Origin: Acidobacteriota bacterium
Lineage (GTDB): Bacteria; Acidobacteriota; Vicinamibacteria; Vicinamibacterales; Fen-181
Length of the DNA: 64,000 nt
Reading direction: 5' to 3'
NCBI GenBank assembly: GCA_017883185.1
Contig: JADGOB010000005.1
Coordinates: 1,644 to 65,643 of the forward strand
The position numbers were made by a program, and so were the translations under genes. Under the pieces are notes generated by a model, which worked only from the letters and a program-made list of their open reading frames with translations, searched no databases and was not told where the DNA came from. Shown piece by piece: positions 16,714-25,509 of the stretch. Position 1 is the first letter of the stretch. Every line of letters starts with the position of its first letter.

Positions 16714-17655
16714 CTATTCTCGTACTATGTGCGTGCCCGCCTCGCCGTGCGCGGCCGCGCGGAGGTGCTCGTACGACGTGACGATCACCTCCTTGCCGCC
16801 GTTCTTCAGGAATCTCAGCGCCGATTCGACCTTGGGCCCCATGTTGCCGGGCGGGAATTGTCCCGCCGCGTAGTGGGCCTGTAGTTCCGACGCGGTCACC
16901 CGCGCGAGCGGCCGTTGCGTCGGCTTGCGGTAGTCCACGTAGACCCGGTCGGCGTCCGTGGAAATGATGAAGCAGTCGACGCCCAAGCGGGTTGCGAGCA
17001 GCGCGGAGACGCGGTCCTTGTCGATGACCGCTTCCACGCCCCTCAGGCCTTCCGGTGTTCGCACGACCGGGATGCCTCCGCCGCCAGCCGCAATGACGAG
17101 CACGCCGTGCGCGAGCAGCGTGCGGATCACCTGTTCCTCGACGACCTCGGTCGGCTCGGGCGACGGCACCACGCGGCGGTACCCGCGCGCGGCATCCTCC
17201 ACGACCTGCCACCCGAGCAGGCGAGCCCGCTGCTCGGCGTCGCCCCTCGAGTAGAACGGCCCGATCGGCTTGGTGGGGTGACGCATGGCCGGGTCGTCTG
17301 CGCACACCACCGCCTGCGTGAGAACCGTGGCCACCGGCACCTGGAGCCGTGCGGCCTGCAGTTCGTTGTAAAGCGATTGCTGGAGGAGATACCCGATTTC
17401 CCCCTGCGTGGTGGCGTCGCAGACGTCCAGCGATTGCCCGTATACCTGGTCGGACGCGCGTTCGGACCGCAGGAGCGCGGCGCCCACCTGCGGCCCGTTC
17501 CCGTGCGTGAGCACGAGGCTGAAGCCGTCCTGGATCAGGCCGACGACCGCCCGGGCGGTGCGGCGGGTGTTGGCCAACTGCTCGTCGATCGTGCCCTTCT
17601 CGCCGGCACGGATGAGCGAGTTGCCGCCGATGGCTATCAGTGCGGTCCGGGACAT
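16714..17655 (-). CDS. arcC: carbamate kinase
   Basis: Real part of ORF 16714..18624, from MSRTALIAIGGNSL, with THGNGPQVG, IAAGGGGIPV and VIDKD motifs. The rest of the listed ORF runs out of frame through argF. Confidence 0.9.
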   Translation of the reverse strand: MSRTALIAIGGNSLIRAGEKGTIDEQLANTRRTARAVVGLIQDGFSLVLTHGNGPQVGAALLRSERASDQVYGQSLDVCDATTQGEIGYLLQQSLYNELQAARLQVPVATVLTQAVVCADDPAMRHPTKPIGPFYSRGDAEQRARLLGWQVVEDAARGYRRVVPSPEPTEVVEEQVIRTLLAHGVLVIAAGGGGIPVVRTPEGLRGVEAVIDKDRVSALLATRLGVDCFIISTDADRVYVDYRKPTQRPLARVTASELQAHYAAGQFPPGNMGPKVESALRFLKNGGKEVIVTSYEHLRAAAHGEAGTHIVRE

Positions 17656-17657
17656 GT

Positions 17658-18575
17658 CTAGCACATCAGTTCGAGCATGATCGCCTTCTGCGCGTGGAGG
17701 CGGTTCTCCGCTTCCTGGAAGACGACCGAGCGCGGCGAGTCGATCACGCCCGCCGTCACTTCCTCCCCGCGATGCGCCGGCAGGCAGTGCATGAAGGACG
17801 CGTCCGCCGCGGCGTGCGCGAACATCGCCTCGTTCACCTGGTACGGCATGAACAGCGTCTTGCGCGCGTCGGCCTCCGCTTCCTGGCCCATGCTCGCCCA
17901 CACGTCGGCGTAGATCACGTCGGCACCACGCACGCCTTCCACCGGGTCGTTCGTGATCACGCAGCTGCCGCCGGTGTTCGCCGCCTGCGCCGTCGCCCAC
18001 GCGGTCGCGTCCCGCTTCGGCTCGTATCCGGGCGGCGTCACGATCGAGACGTGCGCGCCGAGCAGCGCGCCGGCGAACATCAGCGAGTGCGCCACGTTGT
18101 TGCCGTCGCCCACAAACGCCAGCTTGAGCCCGTCCAGGCGCCCCTTCACTTCCTTGATCGTCAGGAAGTCGGCCATCGCCTGGCAGGGATGGCTGTAGTC
18201 GGTCAGGCCGTTGATGATCGGGACCGAGGCTTCCTTGGCCATCTCCTCGACGATCTGGTGCGCGAAGGTGCGGATCATGATGCCCTGGACCATCCGCTCC
18301 AGGTTCTTCGCGACATCGTGGATCGACTCGCGCTTGCCGAGGTTGATCTCCGCGGGCGACAGGTACAACGAGAACCCGCCCAGTTGCTGGATGCCGACAT
18401 CGAACGTCACGCGGGTGCGGAGCGACGGCTTCTCGAAGATCATCGCCAGCGTCTTGCCCTTCAGCGCGGTCGAGAACTCGGCGGGTCTCGCCTTGATGTC
18501 GGCGGCCAGCTCGAGCAGGTGGTGGATCTGGGTCGGCGTGAAGTCGCGGAGAGAGAGGAAGTCGTTGGCGAACAT
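17658..18575 (-). CDS. argF: ornithine carbamoyltransferase
   Basis: Starts at MFANDFLSLRDF, with SLRTR, HPCQ, DVWASMG and HCLPAHRGEEV, the canonical OTC signatures. Its stop lies 2 nt from the arcC start. Confidence 0.9.
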   Translation of the reverse strand: MFANDFLSLRDFTPTQIHHLLELAADIKARPAEFSTALKGKTLAMIFEKPSLRTRVTFDVGIQQLGGFSLYLSPAEINLGKRESIHDVAKNLERMVQGIMIRTFAHQIVEEMAKEASVPIINGLTDYSHPCQAMADFLTIKEVKGRLDGLKLAFVGDGNNVAHSLMFAGALLGAHVSIVTPPGYEPKRDATAWATAQAANTGGSCVITNDPVEGVRGADVIYADVWASMGQEAEADARKTLFMPYQVNEAMFAHAAADASFMHCLPAHRGEEVTAGVIDSPRSVVFQEAENRLHAQKAIMLELMC

Positions 18576-18705
18576 AGGCGCTCCATGAATTGGCAAAGGC
18601 CGGCGCGGGCGAACGACCCGCCACGGCGGTCCCCCGTGCAAGCCGCGATTACACTCCAGGCGCTTGCGGCAGGTCAAGCGAACGGAAGGTTATGCAGAGG
18701 GGGGT

Positions 18706-18784
18706 AGGCAGTATGCAGCGGCCAGCAGGCAGTGTGTCAGGCGTGATTGACTGGCAACCGACCACTGGCAACTGACCACTACAA
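18706..18784 (-). repeat. heptad-phased imperfect repeats downstream of pcnB, including GTGGTC(A/G)GTTGCCA x2
   Basis: The minus strand reads TAG GGACATTGTAGTGGTCAGTTGCCAGTGGTCGGTTGCCAGTCAATCACGCCTGACACACTGCCTGCTGGCCGCTGCATACTGCCT. Confidence 0.6.
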
Positions 18785-18789
18785 TGTCC

Positions 18790-20070
18790 CTATGGCTGAA
18801 CCGGCCCGCGAGGCCGGCGGCGGCGGCGGCGGCGAGCGGGGAGGCGCGCGGCCGGCGGCTGGAGCGCGCCGCTCTCGGTCAACTCGGCCACGAGTGCGCG
18901 CCAGCGGGCCACGGCCTCTTGCGACCCGCCATGGATCTCGAGCCACGCGAGCGCGTCAGGAAAGGCACCGCGTATGAGCAACGCCCGCGCCGAACGCGGG
19001 GAGATGTTGGGATCGCGCAGCCGGCGTTGAAGCGCGACGACCTGGTACAGGCGTTCGATATCGCGCCGCGCGACCGGCAGCGTGCCAAGCCACGGACCAA
19101 TCGCCTCGCGCGCCGCGTGCCCGCCATCGAGCGAGAAGCCGAGGGGGACGAGCAGGCTGCCAAGCAGCACGGAGTTCGTGAACGCCCCGGGAACCGACGA
19201 GAAGCGCTGCCGGTACGCGTCGAGCCGCTCGAGCGACTGCCACACCGGCTCCGCGCTGGACGGGCGCTGCAACTCGGGCGTGATCGCCTCGAGCAGGCCG
19301 AGGCGCGCCGCGGTGCGAAAGACGGATGCGCTCGCGCCGGTCCGCAGGACCTTGTAGTACTCTTCGATCAGCCGCGCGGGGGCGCTGCGGGCAATCTCGC
19401 CGCGGTTCCCGCGAATCGCCTCCTCGACGGGAGGATCGAGCGCGAACCCCAGCCGCTCGGCAAACGCCACCGCACGCAGCATGCGCACCGGGTCTTCGCA
19501 GAACCGTTCGTCGGGATCCCCGATCGCGCGGATCACGCGCTCGCGGAGATCGCGCAACCCGTCTACGTAGTCGATAATGGAAAAAGTTGCGATATCGTAG
19601 AAGAGGGCGTTGATCGTGAAGTCGCGGCGGAACGCGTCTTCCTCGGGCGTGCCGAAGGTGTTGTCGCGATGGATCAGCAGATCGCGCGCCGCCGCGGACG
19701 CCGAGATGCCCTGCCCGGCGTCGTCGGGCGGCGGCAGCGGATCGTCGATCGCTTCGGCTGGCGGCACGTGCCTGCGAAACGTCGCGACCTCGATAATCTT
19801 CTGTCCGAACTTCACGTGCACCAGCCGGAAGCGACGACCGATCACAAAGCAGTTGCGAAAGAGTCGCTTGACCTGGTACGGATGCGCCGAGGTGACGATA
19901 TCGAAATCTTTCGGCCGGCGACCGAGCAGCAGATCGCGCACGCTTCCACCGACGAGGTACGCGATGAATCCCGCGTCCTTGAGACGGTACAACACCTTCA
20001 GCGCGTCGTGGTCAATGTCGCGACGCGACAAGGGATGTTCGGAGCGCGGGATGACGGTCGGCTCCACCAT
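18790..20070 (-). CDS. pcnB: poly(A) polymerase I / tRNA nucleotidyltransferase family
   Basis: VLYRLKDAGFIAYLVGGSVRDLLLGRRPKDFDIVTSAHPYQVKRLFRNCFVIGRRFRLVHVKFGQKIIEVATFR matches the PcnB head domain closely. The C-terminus is Arg-rich. Confidence 0.8.
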   Translation of the reverse strand: MVEPTVIPRSEHPLSRRDIDHDALKVLYRLKDAGFIAYLVGGSVRDLLLGRRPKDFDIVTSAHPYQVKRLFRNCFVIGRRFRLVHVKFGQKIIEVATFRRHVPPAEAIDDPLPPPDDAGQGISASAAARDLLIHRDNTFGTPEEDAFRRDFTINALFYDIATFSIIDYVDGLRDLRERVIRAIGDPDERFCEDPVRMLRAVAFAERLGFALDPPVEEAIRGNRGEIARSAPARLIEEYYKVLRTGASASVFRTAARLGLLEAITPELQRPSSAEPVWQSLERLDAYRQRFSSVPGAFTNSVLLGSLLVPLGFSLDGGHAAREAIGPWLGTLPVARRDIERLYQVVALQRRLRDPNISPRSARALLIRGAFPDALAWLEIHGGSQEAVARWRALVAELTESGALQPPAARLPARRRRRRRPRGPVQP

Positions 20071-20089
20071 GGCGAGAGGATTATATCAA

Positions 20090-20947
20090 ATGCCGGGCTA
20101 TCAACACACACAAGTCCCTGCTCTGCAAAGGGTTAGCGCACGCATCCTCCAGGCGGCGCTTCTGGCCGCCCTCTCCGGCCTGCCGGCGCAGGCCCAGGGA
20201 GGCCTCGAGTTCGCCCGCCAGCTCTACAATCAGGGACGCTACGATCAGGCGATCACAGCCGCCGCGCGCCTGCGCTCAACCCCGGTAGCCGACGCGGCCT
20301 ACCTCGTCCTCGGGCGTTCGTACCTGGAACGGTTTCGGAAAAGCACCGATCACGCCGACCTGGTCGCCGCTCGCGAGGCGCTGAACCAGATTCGCACGGC
20401 GCGGCTGGCCTCGCGAGATCGTATCGACTACCTGGTGGGCCTAGGCGAGTCGCTCTATCTCGGGGAATCCTACGGACCGGCCGCCGAATTGTTCCAGGGA
20501 GCCCTGGAGCGAAGCCAGGACATGGGACCCCGCGCGTTTGAACGGGTGTTCGACTGGTGGGCCACCTCGCTCGACCGCCAGGCGCAATCGGGAGAGGCGG
20601 AAGACCGGGATGCGGTCTACATCATGGTTCGCGACCGAGCCAGGGTCGAGTTAGGGCGAATGCCCTGCTCGGCCGCGGCCGCCTACTGGCTGGTCTCGGC
20701 ATATCGCAGTTTAGGGGAACTGACCAAGGCATGGGACGCGGCAGTGGCTGGATGGGTTCGGGCACCGCTCGGCGAGGACCAGGGACGTGCGCTGCGGGCT
20801 GACCTCGATCAACTTGTCCTGCAGGCGATCATCCCCGAACGCGTTCGCGTCATGGCCTCGAGCGACCGCGACCGCGACCGCGCTGCTACCTCCATGCGGG
20901 CGGAGTGGGACGGAATCAAGAAAGACTGGGCGACGAAGCGGCCATAG
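20090..20947 (+). CDS. secreted TPR-like hypothetical protein
   Basis: Real part of ORF 19610..20947. It has a signal-like LQAALLAALSGLPAQAQG and a TPR-like ARQLYNQGRYDQAITAAARL. The start is ATG at 20090 (or 20069); everything upstream is antisense to pcnB. Confidence 0.5.
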   Translation: MPGYQHTQVPALQRVSARILQAALLAALSGLPAQAQGGLEFARQLYNQGRYDQAITAAARLRSTPVADAAYLVLGRSYLERFRKSTDHADLVAAREALNQIRTARLASRDRIDYLVGLGESLYLGESYGPAAELFQGALERSQDMGPRAFERVFDWWATSLDRQAQSGEAEDRDAVYIMVRDRARVELGRMPCSAAAAYWLVSAYRSLGELTKAWDAAVAGWVRAPLGEDQGRALRADLDQLVLQAIIPERVRVMASSDRDRDRAATSMRAEWDGIKKDWATKRP

Positions 20948-21031
20948 ACCCGGCCGGTTGCGGCAGCGGGGGGAACGTGGATGCGGCAGGGCAACGCGCG
21001 CTCCTCCTCTCCATTTTTGGGGTTCGGCAAA

Positions 21032-23743
21032 TCACTTTTTGGCTTCCCGCCAGTTCCTCCCGACGCCGATATCGACCGTCAAAGGAACAGATAGGGCAAC
21101 TGCCCCTTCCATCCCGGACCGAACCAGCGCTGCCACTTCATCTGTCTCGTTCTGAGGCGCCTCGAAGAGCAGTTCGTCGTGGACGGTGAGGATCATCCGC
21201 GCCCGCCCTCCCGCCGTCCGCCGAACCTCGAGCGCACGGTGGACGTCGATCATGGCCCGCTTGAGGATGTCTGCCGCCGTCCCCTGGATCGGGAGGTTCA
21301 CCGCTACCCGCTCGGCTGCCGACCTGACCTGGCCGTTCCGACTGGTCAACTCAGGCACCAGGCGGCGTCGGCCGAACAGCGTGTTGACCACTCCGGTCCG
21401 CCGTGCCTCCTCCAGGAGGTGATCGATGAACCGGCGCACTCCGGGGAAGCCGGCGAAGTAGGCGTCGATCAACGCCTGGGCCGCCTGTTGCGACACGCCG
21501 ATGTCACGGGCCAGCGTGAACGCCGTCTTCCCGTACAGCAACGCGTAGTTGATGATCTTCGCCCGCCGCCGCAGTTCGTGCGGGCCGAGGCCGCTGTCTG
21601 GGCCAAACACCCTGAGCGCCGTCTGATCGTGGATGTCGTCGCCCCGGCGGAACGCCTCGGTGAGCGTGGCGTCGCCTGAGAGGTGGGCCAGCACCCGCAG
21701 TTCGATCTGCGAGTAATCGGCCGAGATCAAGACGCTCCCGGGTTCCGCGACGAACGCTGCCCGGATCTCGCGTCCAAGCTCGGACCGAATCGGGATGTTC
21801 TGCAGGTTCGGATCGCTGCTGCTCAACCGGCCCGTGGCCGCCACTGCCTGGTTGAAGCAGGTGTGAACCCGCCCGGTCGCCGGGTTGACGAGTTGCGGCA
21901 GCGCGTCGATGTAGGTGCCCTTCAGCTTCTGCACGCTGCGCCAGTCGAGGACCAGGCGCGGCAACTCGTGCATGAGCGCGAGTTCCTCGAGCACCTCGAC
22001 CGCCGTGGAGGCCACGCGTGTCTTTCCGGTCCGCTTGCCCGCCGGCAGTTTCAGCTTGTCGAAGAGGATCTCGGACAACTGCTTGGGCGAGTTGATGTTG
22101 AACGACTCGCCCGCCAGTTCGAAGATCTTCGCGCTCCGAACGGCCAGGTCGCGTTCCAGGCGTTCCGACAGGCGCCCGAGCACGGCGGAATCCACCTTGA
22201 CCCCCGCTCGCTCGATGTCGGCGAGCACGGGAAAGAGCGGCAACTCGAGCTCGCGGTACACCTGGTCGAGGTGCTCGGCAGCAAGCAGGGGTGCCACGCG
22301 TCCGGCAATCTGTAAGGCCAGGTCCACGCGCTCGCCCGCGAAATCGATCAAGGCCGCGGGAGGCAGGTCCGCCGTCCCCAGCGCCTTCGCGCCTCGCCCG
22401 AAGACGTCTTCCTCGGTCAGCGCCTTGTAGCGAAGATGCTCGAGCGCGTTGTTTTCCAGGGAATGCGACGACCGCGTCGCGTCGAGCAGGTAGCTGGCCA
22501 GCATCGTGTCGAACGCCATCCCGCGCAGCTCGATCCCGTAGCGCGCGAGCGTGATGGCGTCGAGCTTCAGGTCGTGGCCCACCTTCTCGACCGCCGCATC
22601 TTCCAGGACATCCTTCAACGCCTCGAGCGCCGCCCGGCGGTCAGCCTGCGGTCCGGCGTCGAGGGCGTGGTGCGCCATCGGGACGTACCTCGCCTGCCGG
22701 TCACTCGTCGCGAAGGCGATGCCGACGAGGTCGGCCTGCACCACCGGGCCCATCGTGGTCAGGGTGCGGAGGGCGAAGCGGCCGGCGCCCCTCAACTCGG
22801 ACGCGAGCGCGTTCACCCCCTCGAGGGTCTCGACGATCGCGTAGTCCTTGGTCACCGTCTCCGCTGTGGGCGCAAACTCGCTCAGCAGCGACCTGAACCC
22901 GAGCTCGCCGAACAGCTCGAAGCACGCCTGCCTGTTCGGCCCCCGGTAGCGGAACGCCTCCACCTCGAAGGTGATCGGCGCGTCACGCCGGATCCGCGCG
23001 AGTTCGCGGCTCTGCTTCGCGAGGTCGGCGTGAGCCAGCAGGGCTTCCCGGTACCTCTTCTGCGGCACCTCGCCGGCACGCTCGAGCAGTGCGTCGAGCG
23101 ACCCGAACGTCGTCATCAGCTCTCGTGCGCCCTTCTCTCCGACGCCCGGCACCCCCCTGATGTTGTCGACCGCGTCCCCGGTCAGCGCCAGCACGTCCAC
23201 CACCTGGTGCGGCGGGACGCCGAACTTCTCTTTCACCGCGACCTCGTCGTACCAGGTACCCTCGTCGCGCGGGTTGAACACGCGCACGCCGTCGTGCACG
23301 AGCTGGAACATGTCCTTGTCGCCCGTGACGATGACGACGTGATACCCCTCGTGGATGGCCCTCTCGGTCACCGTGCCGATGACATCGTCGGCCTCGAACC
23401 CCACGCACGAAAGGATCGGGACGCCCAGCGCTTCGCAGGAGCGGTGGACGTACGGAATCTGTTCGGCAAGATCGTCGGGCATCGCGGGCCGGTTCGCCTT
23501 GTAGTCGGCGGCGAGCGCGGATCTGAAGGTGGGGCCGGCCAGGTCGAACGCGCACGCGATCAACTCGGGGCGCTGGTCGGCCACGAGCTTGCGCAGCATG
23601 GCCACGAATCCGTAGACGGCGTTGGTCGAACGGCCGTCCGGCCCGGTCAACTCGCGGATCGCGTGGTAGGCGCGATACATCTGCGAGTTGCCGTCGATGA
23701 GGAACAGGATCGGATGCGAGACCATTGTGTGTTCGGTGTTCAT
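21032..23743 (-). CDS. polA: DNA polymerase I
   Basis: 903 aa with a 5'-nuclease N-terminus (LIDGNSQMYRAYHA), a 3'-5' exonuclease-like middle, and the polymerase motifs DYSQIELRVLAH and QGTAADI. Confidence 0.97.
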   Translation of the reverse strand: MNTEHTMVSHPILFLIDGNSQMYRAYHAIRELTGPDGRSTNAVYGFVAMLRKLVADQRPELIACAFDLAGPTFRSALAADYKANRPAMPDDLAEQIPYVHRSCEALGVPILSCVGFEADDVIGTVTERAIHEGYHVVIVTGDKDMFQLVHDGVRVFNPRDEGTWYDEVAVKEKFGVPPHQVVDVLALTGDAVDNIRGVPGVGEKGARELMTTFGSLDALLERAGEVPQKRYREALLAHADLAKQSRELARIRRDAPITFEVEAFRYRGPNRQACFELFGELGFRSLLSEFAPTAETVTKDYAIVETLEGVNALASELRGAGRFALRTLTTMGPVVQADLVGIAFATSDRQARYVPMAHHALDAGPQADRRAALEALKDVLEDAAVEKVGHDLKLDAITLARYGIELRGMAFDTMLASYLLDATRSSHSLENNALEHLRYKALTEEDVFGRGAKALGTADLPPAALIDFAGERVDLALQIAGRVAPLLAAEHLDQVYRELELPLFPVLADIERAGVKVDSAVLGRLSERLERDLAVRSAKIFELAGESFNINSPKQLSEILFDKLKLPAGKRTGKTRVASTAVEVLEELALMHELPRLVLDWRSVQKLKGTYIDALPQLVNPATGRVHTCFNQAVAATGRLSSSDPNLQNIPIRSELGREIRAAFVAEPGSVLISADYSQIELRVLAHLSGDATLTEAFRRGDDIHDQTALRVFGPDSGLGPHELRRRAKIINYALLYGKTAFTLARDIGVSQQAAQALIDAYFAGFPGVRRFIDHLLEEARRTGVVNTLFGRRRLVPELTSRNGQVRSAAERVAVNLPIQGTAADILKRAMIDVHRALEVRRTAGGRARMILTVHDELLFEAPQNETDEVAALVRSGMEGAVALSVPLTVDIGVGRNWREAKK

Positions 23744-23797
23744 GGAAGACGCGGATCAAGAGTGGCGGGTGAAGTCAGTATATTATCATTGCCAGTC

Positions 23798-24574
23798 ATG
23801 CTGAATGTTCGGGTATCGCGCTGGTGGTGTGCGGCCTGGTGCCTGGTCACGGTGGTTGCCGCCGCGCTGCTGACGACCGGGTGCAGGCGCGGGTTCCTCC
23901 GGCAGTACGAGTACGAGTACGACGAGGACATCTACCTGTCGCTGGACGGGTCGGCCACGATCGACGTGAACGCGTCGCTGCCTGCCCTGGTGGCGCTGCG
24001 CGGCGTGGACCTCGACAAGAGTCCCTCCGTGCGTTTCGACCGGGCGAAGGTGGCGGCTATCTTCGAGAACCCTGGCATTCACGTCGTGCGGGTGACCAGT
24101 TCCCGGCAGCGCGGCCGTCGCTTCGCGCACGTCCGCCTGGAAGTGAGCGACATCCGGAAGCTGCCAGCGGCGCGTGTCTTCTCCTGGGCCTCCATCAGGT
24201 TCGACCGGATGGGCGAGCTGTACCGCTTTCGGGAAGACCTCGGGGCGTCCGCGAACAAGCCGGTCGGCGACGTGGGGTGGAAGGGCAGCGAGTTGGTCGG
24301 CTTCCGGCTTCACCTGCCCAGCAAGATCGCGTACCACAACGCGGGGGAAGACAACCTGTTGCGCGGCAACATCCTCGCCTGGGAACAGCCGCTGGCCGAT
24401 CGACTCGCCGGTCAGCCGCTCGAGATGGAAGCGCGGATGGAGCCGACCTCGATCCTCTATCGGACGCTCTGGCTCTTCGTCGGCAGCATGGCTGCGGCCT
24501 TCACCATGCTCGCGCTGATCATCTGGTGGGTGGTGAAGAAGGGCAAGGACAGGATCGGCGAGGCGACAAAGTAG
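23798..24574 (+). CDS. hypothetical lipoprotein with C-terminal TM anchor
   Basis: Real part of ORF 22436..24574. It has the lipobox LLTTGC and the C-terminal TM LWLFVGSMAAAFTMLALIIWWVV. I recognised no domain. Confidence 0.6.
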   Translation: MLNVRVSRWWCAAWCLVTVVAAALLTTGCRRGFLRQYEYEYDEDIYLSLDGSATIDVNASLPALVALRGVDLDKSPSVRFDRAKVAAIFENPGIHVVRVTSSRQRGRRFAHVRLEVSDIRKLPAARVFSWASIRFDRMGELYRFREDLGASANKPVGDVGWKGSELVGFRLHLPSKIAYHNAGEDNLLRGNILAWEQPLADRLAGQPLEMEARMEPTSILYRTLWLFVGSMAAAFTMLALIIWWVVKKGKDRIGEATK

Positions 24575-24602
24575 TTGCCAGTTGCCAGTTGTCCGTTGTC
24601 AG
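24575..24602 (+). repeat. four tandem heptamers TTGCCAG TTGCCAG TTGTCCG TTGTCAG
   Basis: Starts at the first base after the TAG stop at 24572-24574. Confidence 0.75.
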
Positions 24603-24736
24603 CACCTGCACGCGATTGGGCGCCGAGCGGCCGCCGTTCTGGAGCGACCCCTGCACGACGCCCCGAGCCACGGCGAGATAACCGGCCCGGCGGGACGTTC
24701 GCCACGCTGAACGACCCAGTGGAGCAGACACTGACC

Positions 24737-25471
24737 ATGGCCACCAACGTGCTGGTCGTCGAGGACGAGGCGCACATCCGCGAACTGGTCTGCCTCCACC
24801 TGCAGGTCGAAGGGTATGCCTGCATCCCGGTCGGCGATGGCCGGGAGGCATTGCGGATCGCCGGCGAGCAACCGCTGGACCTGGTTGTGCTCGACCTGAT
24901 GATCCCCGGCGTGGACGGCCTGACCGTGTGTCGCGCGATCCGGCGCGAGGGGCCGAATCGCGACGTCCCGATCCTGATCCTGACCGCGCGACGGGAAGAG
25001 TCGGACAAGGTGCTCGGTCTCGAGAGCGGCGCCGACGATTACCTGGCGAAGCCGTTCAGCGTGCGCGAACTGGTGGCCCGGGCGCACGCGCTCCTGCGTC
25101 GCGTGCGACGGGCGGCCGCGGCGGCCGAGGCCGAGCCGGCCGCGCAGGCGGACGGCAAGGACGCGCCGCGGCCTGTCTCCGCGCACGGGGTGGAGATCGA
25201 TCCGGCCCGCCGGCGGGCCCGCATTCGAGGGCGCGAGGTAGTGTTGACGAACCAGGAGTTCAACCTGCTGCGGCTGTTCACCGGGCACCCGGGGATCGTC
25301 TTCAGCCGCGAAGCGCTCCTGTCGAAGATCTGGAAGGGTGACACGTACGTGACGGTGCGCAGCGTGGACACGCTGGTCAAGCGGCTCCGTCACAAGATCG
25401 AAGCCGACCCAACGCAGCCGACGCTGATCCTCACGCAGTGGGGCGTGGGGTACAAGCTCGCGGACGTGTAG
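24737..25471 (+). CDS. OmpR/PhoB-family response regulator
   Basis: Starts at MATNVLVVEDE and has the receiver segment DLVVLDLMIPGVDG. The winged-helix C-terminus reads LTNQEFNLLRLF...VDTLVKRLRHKIE...GVGYKL. Confidence 0.9.
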   Translation: MATNVLVVEDEAHIRELVCLHLQVEGYACIPVGDGREALRIAGEQPLDLVVLDLMIPGVDGLTVCRAIRREGPNRDVPILILTARREESDKVLGLESGADDYLAKPFSVRELVARAHALLRRVRRAAAAAEAEPAAQADGKDAPRPVSAHGVEIDPARRRARIRGREVVLTNQEFNLLRLFTGHPGIVFSREALLSKIWKGDTYVTVRSVDTLVKRLRHKIEADPTQPTLILTQWGVGYKLADV

Positions 25472-25509
25472 CCACCCTACTCGCTGGGCCGCGGCGAAAG
25501 GCGGCCGGG

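Noticed and set aside
16714-18624. 636-aa ORF that would fuse carbamate kinase to a long N-terminal extension
   Set aside because: Only the last 313 codons (from MSRTALIAIGGNS) look like ArcC. The upstream part overlaps the argF frame, which has perfect OTC motifs. Similar 5' over-extensions were trimmed for malQ, polA-antisense 22436.., purF 61309.., the GT genes and others.
20495-20512. TTCCAGGG-A-GCCCTGGA, resembling the arms of the 68-nt element
   Set aside because: It lies inside the coding frame of the TPR-like gene (ELFQGALER) and lacks the interior blocks and the AGACA/TGTCT ends. The partial similarity is probably chance.
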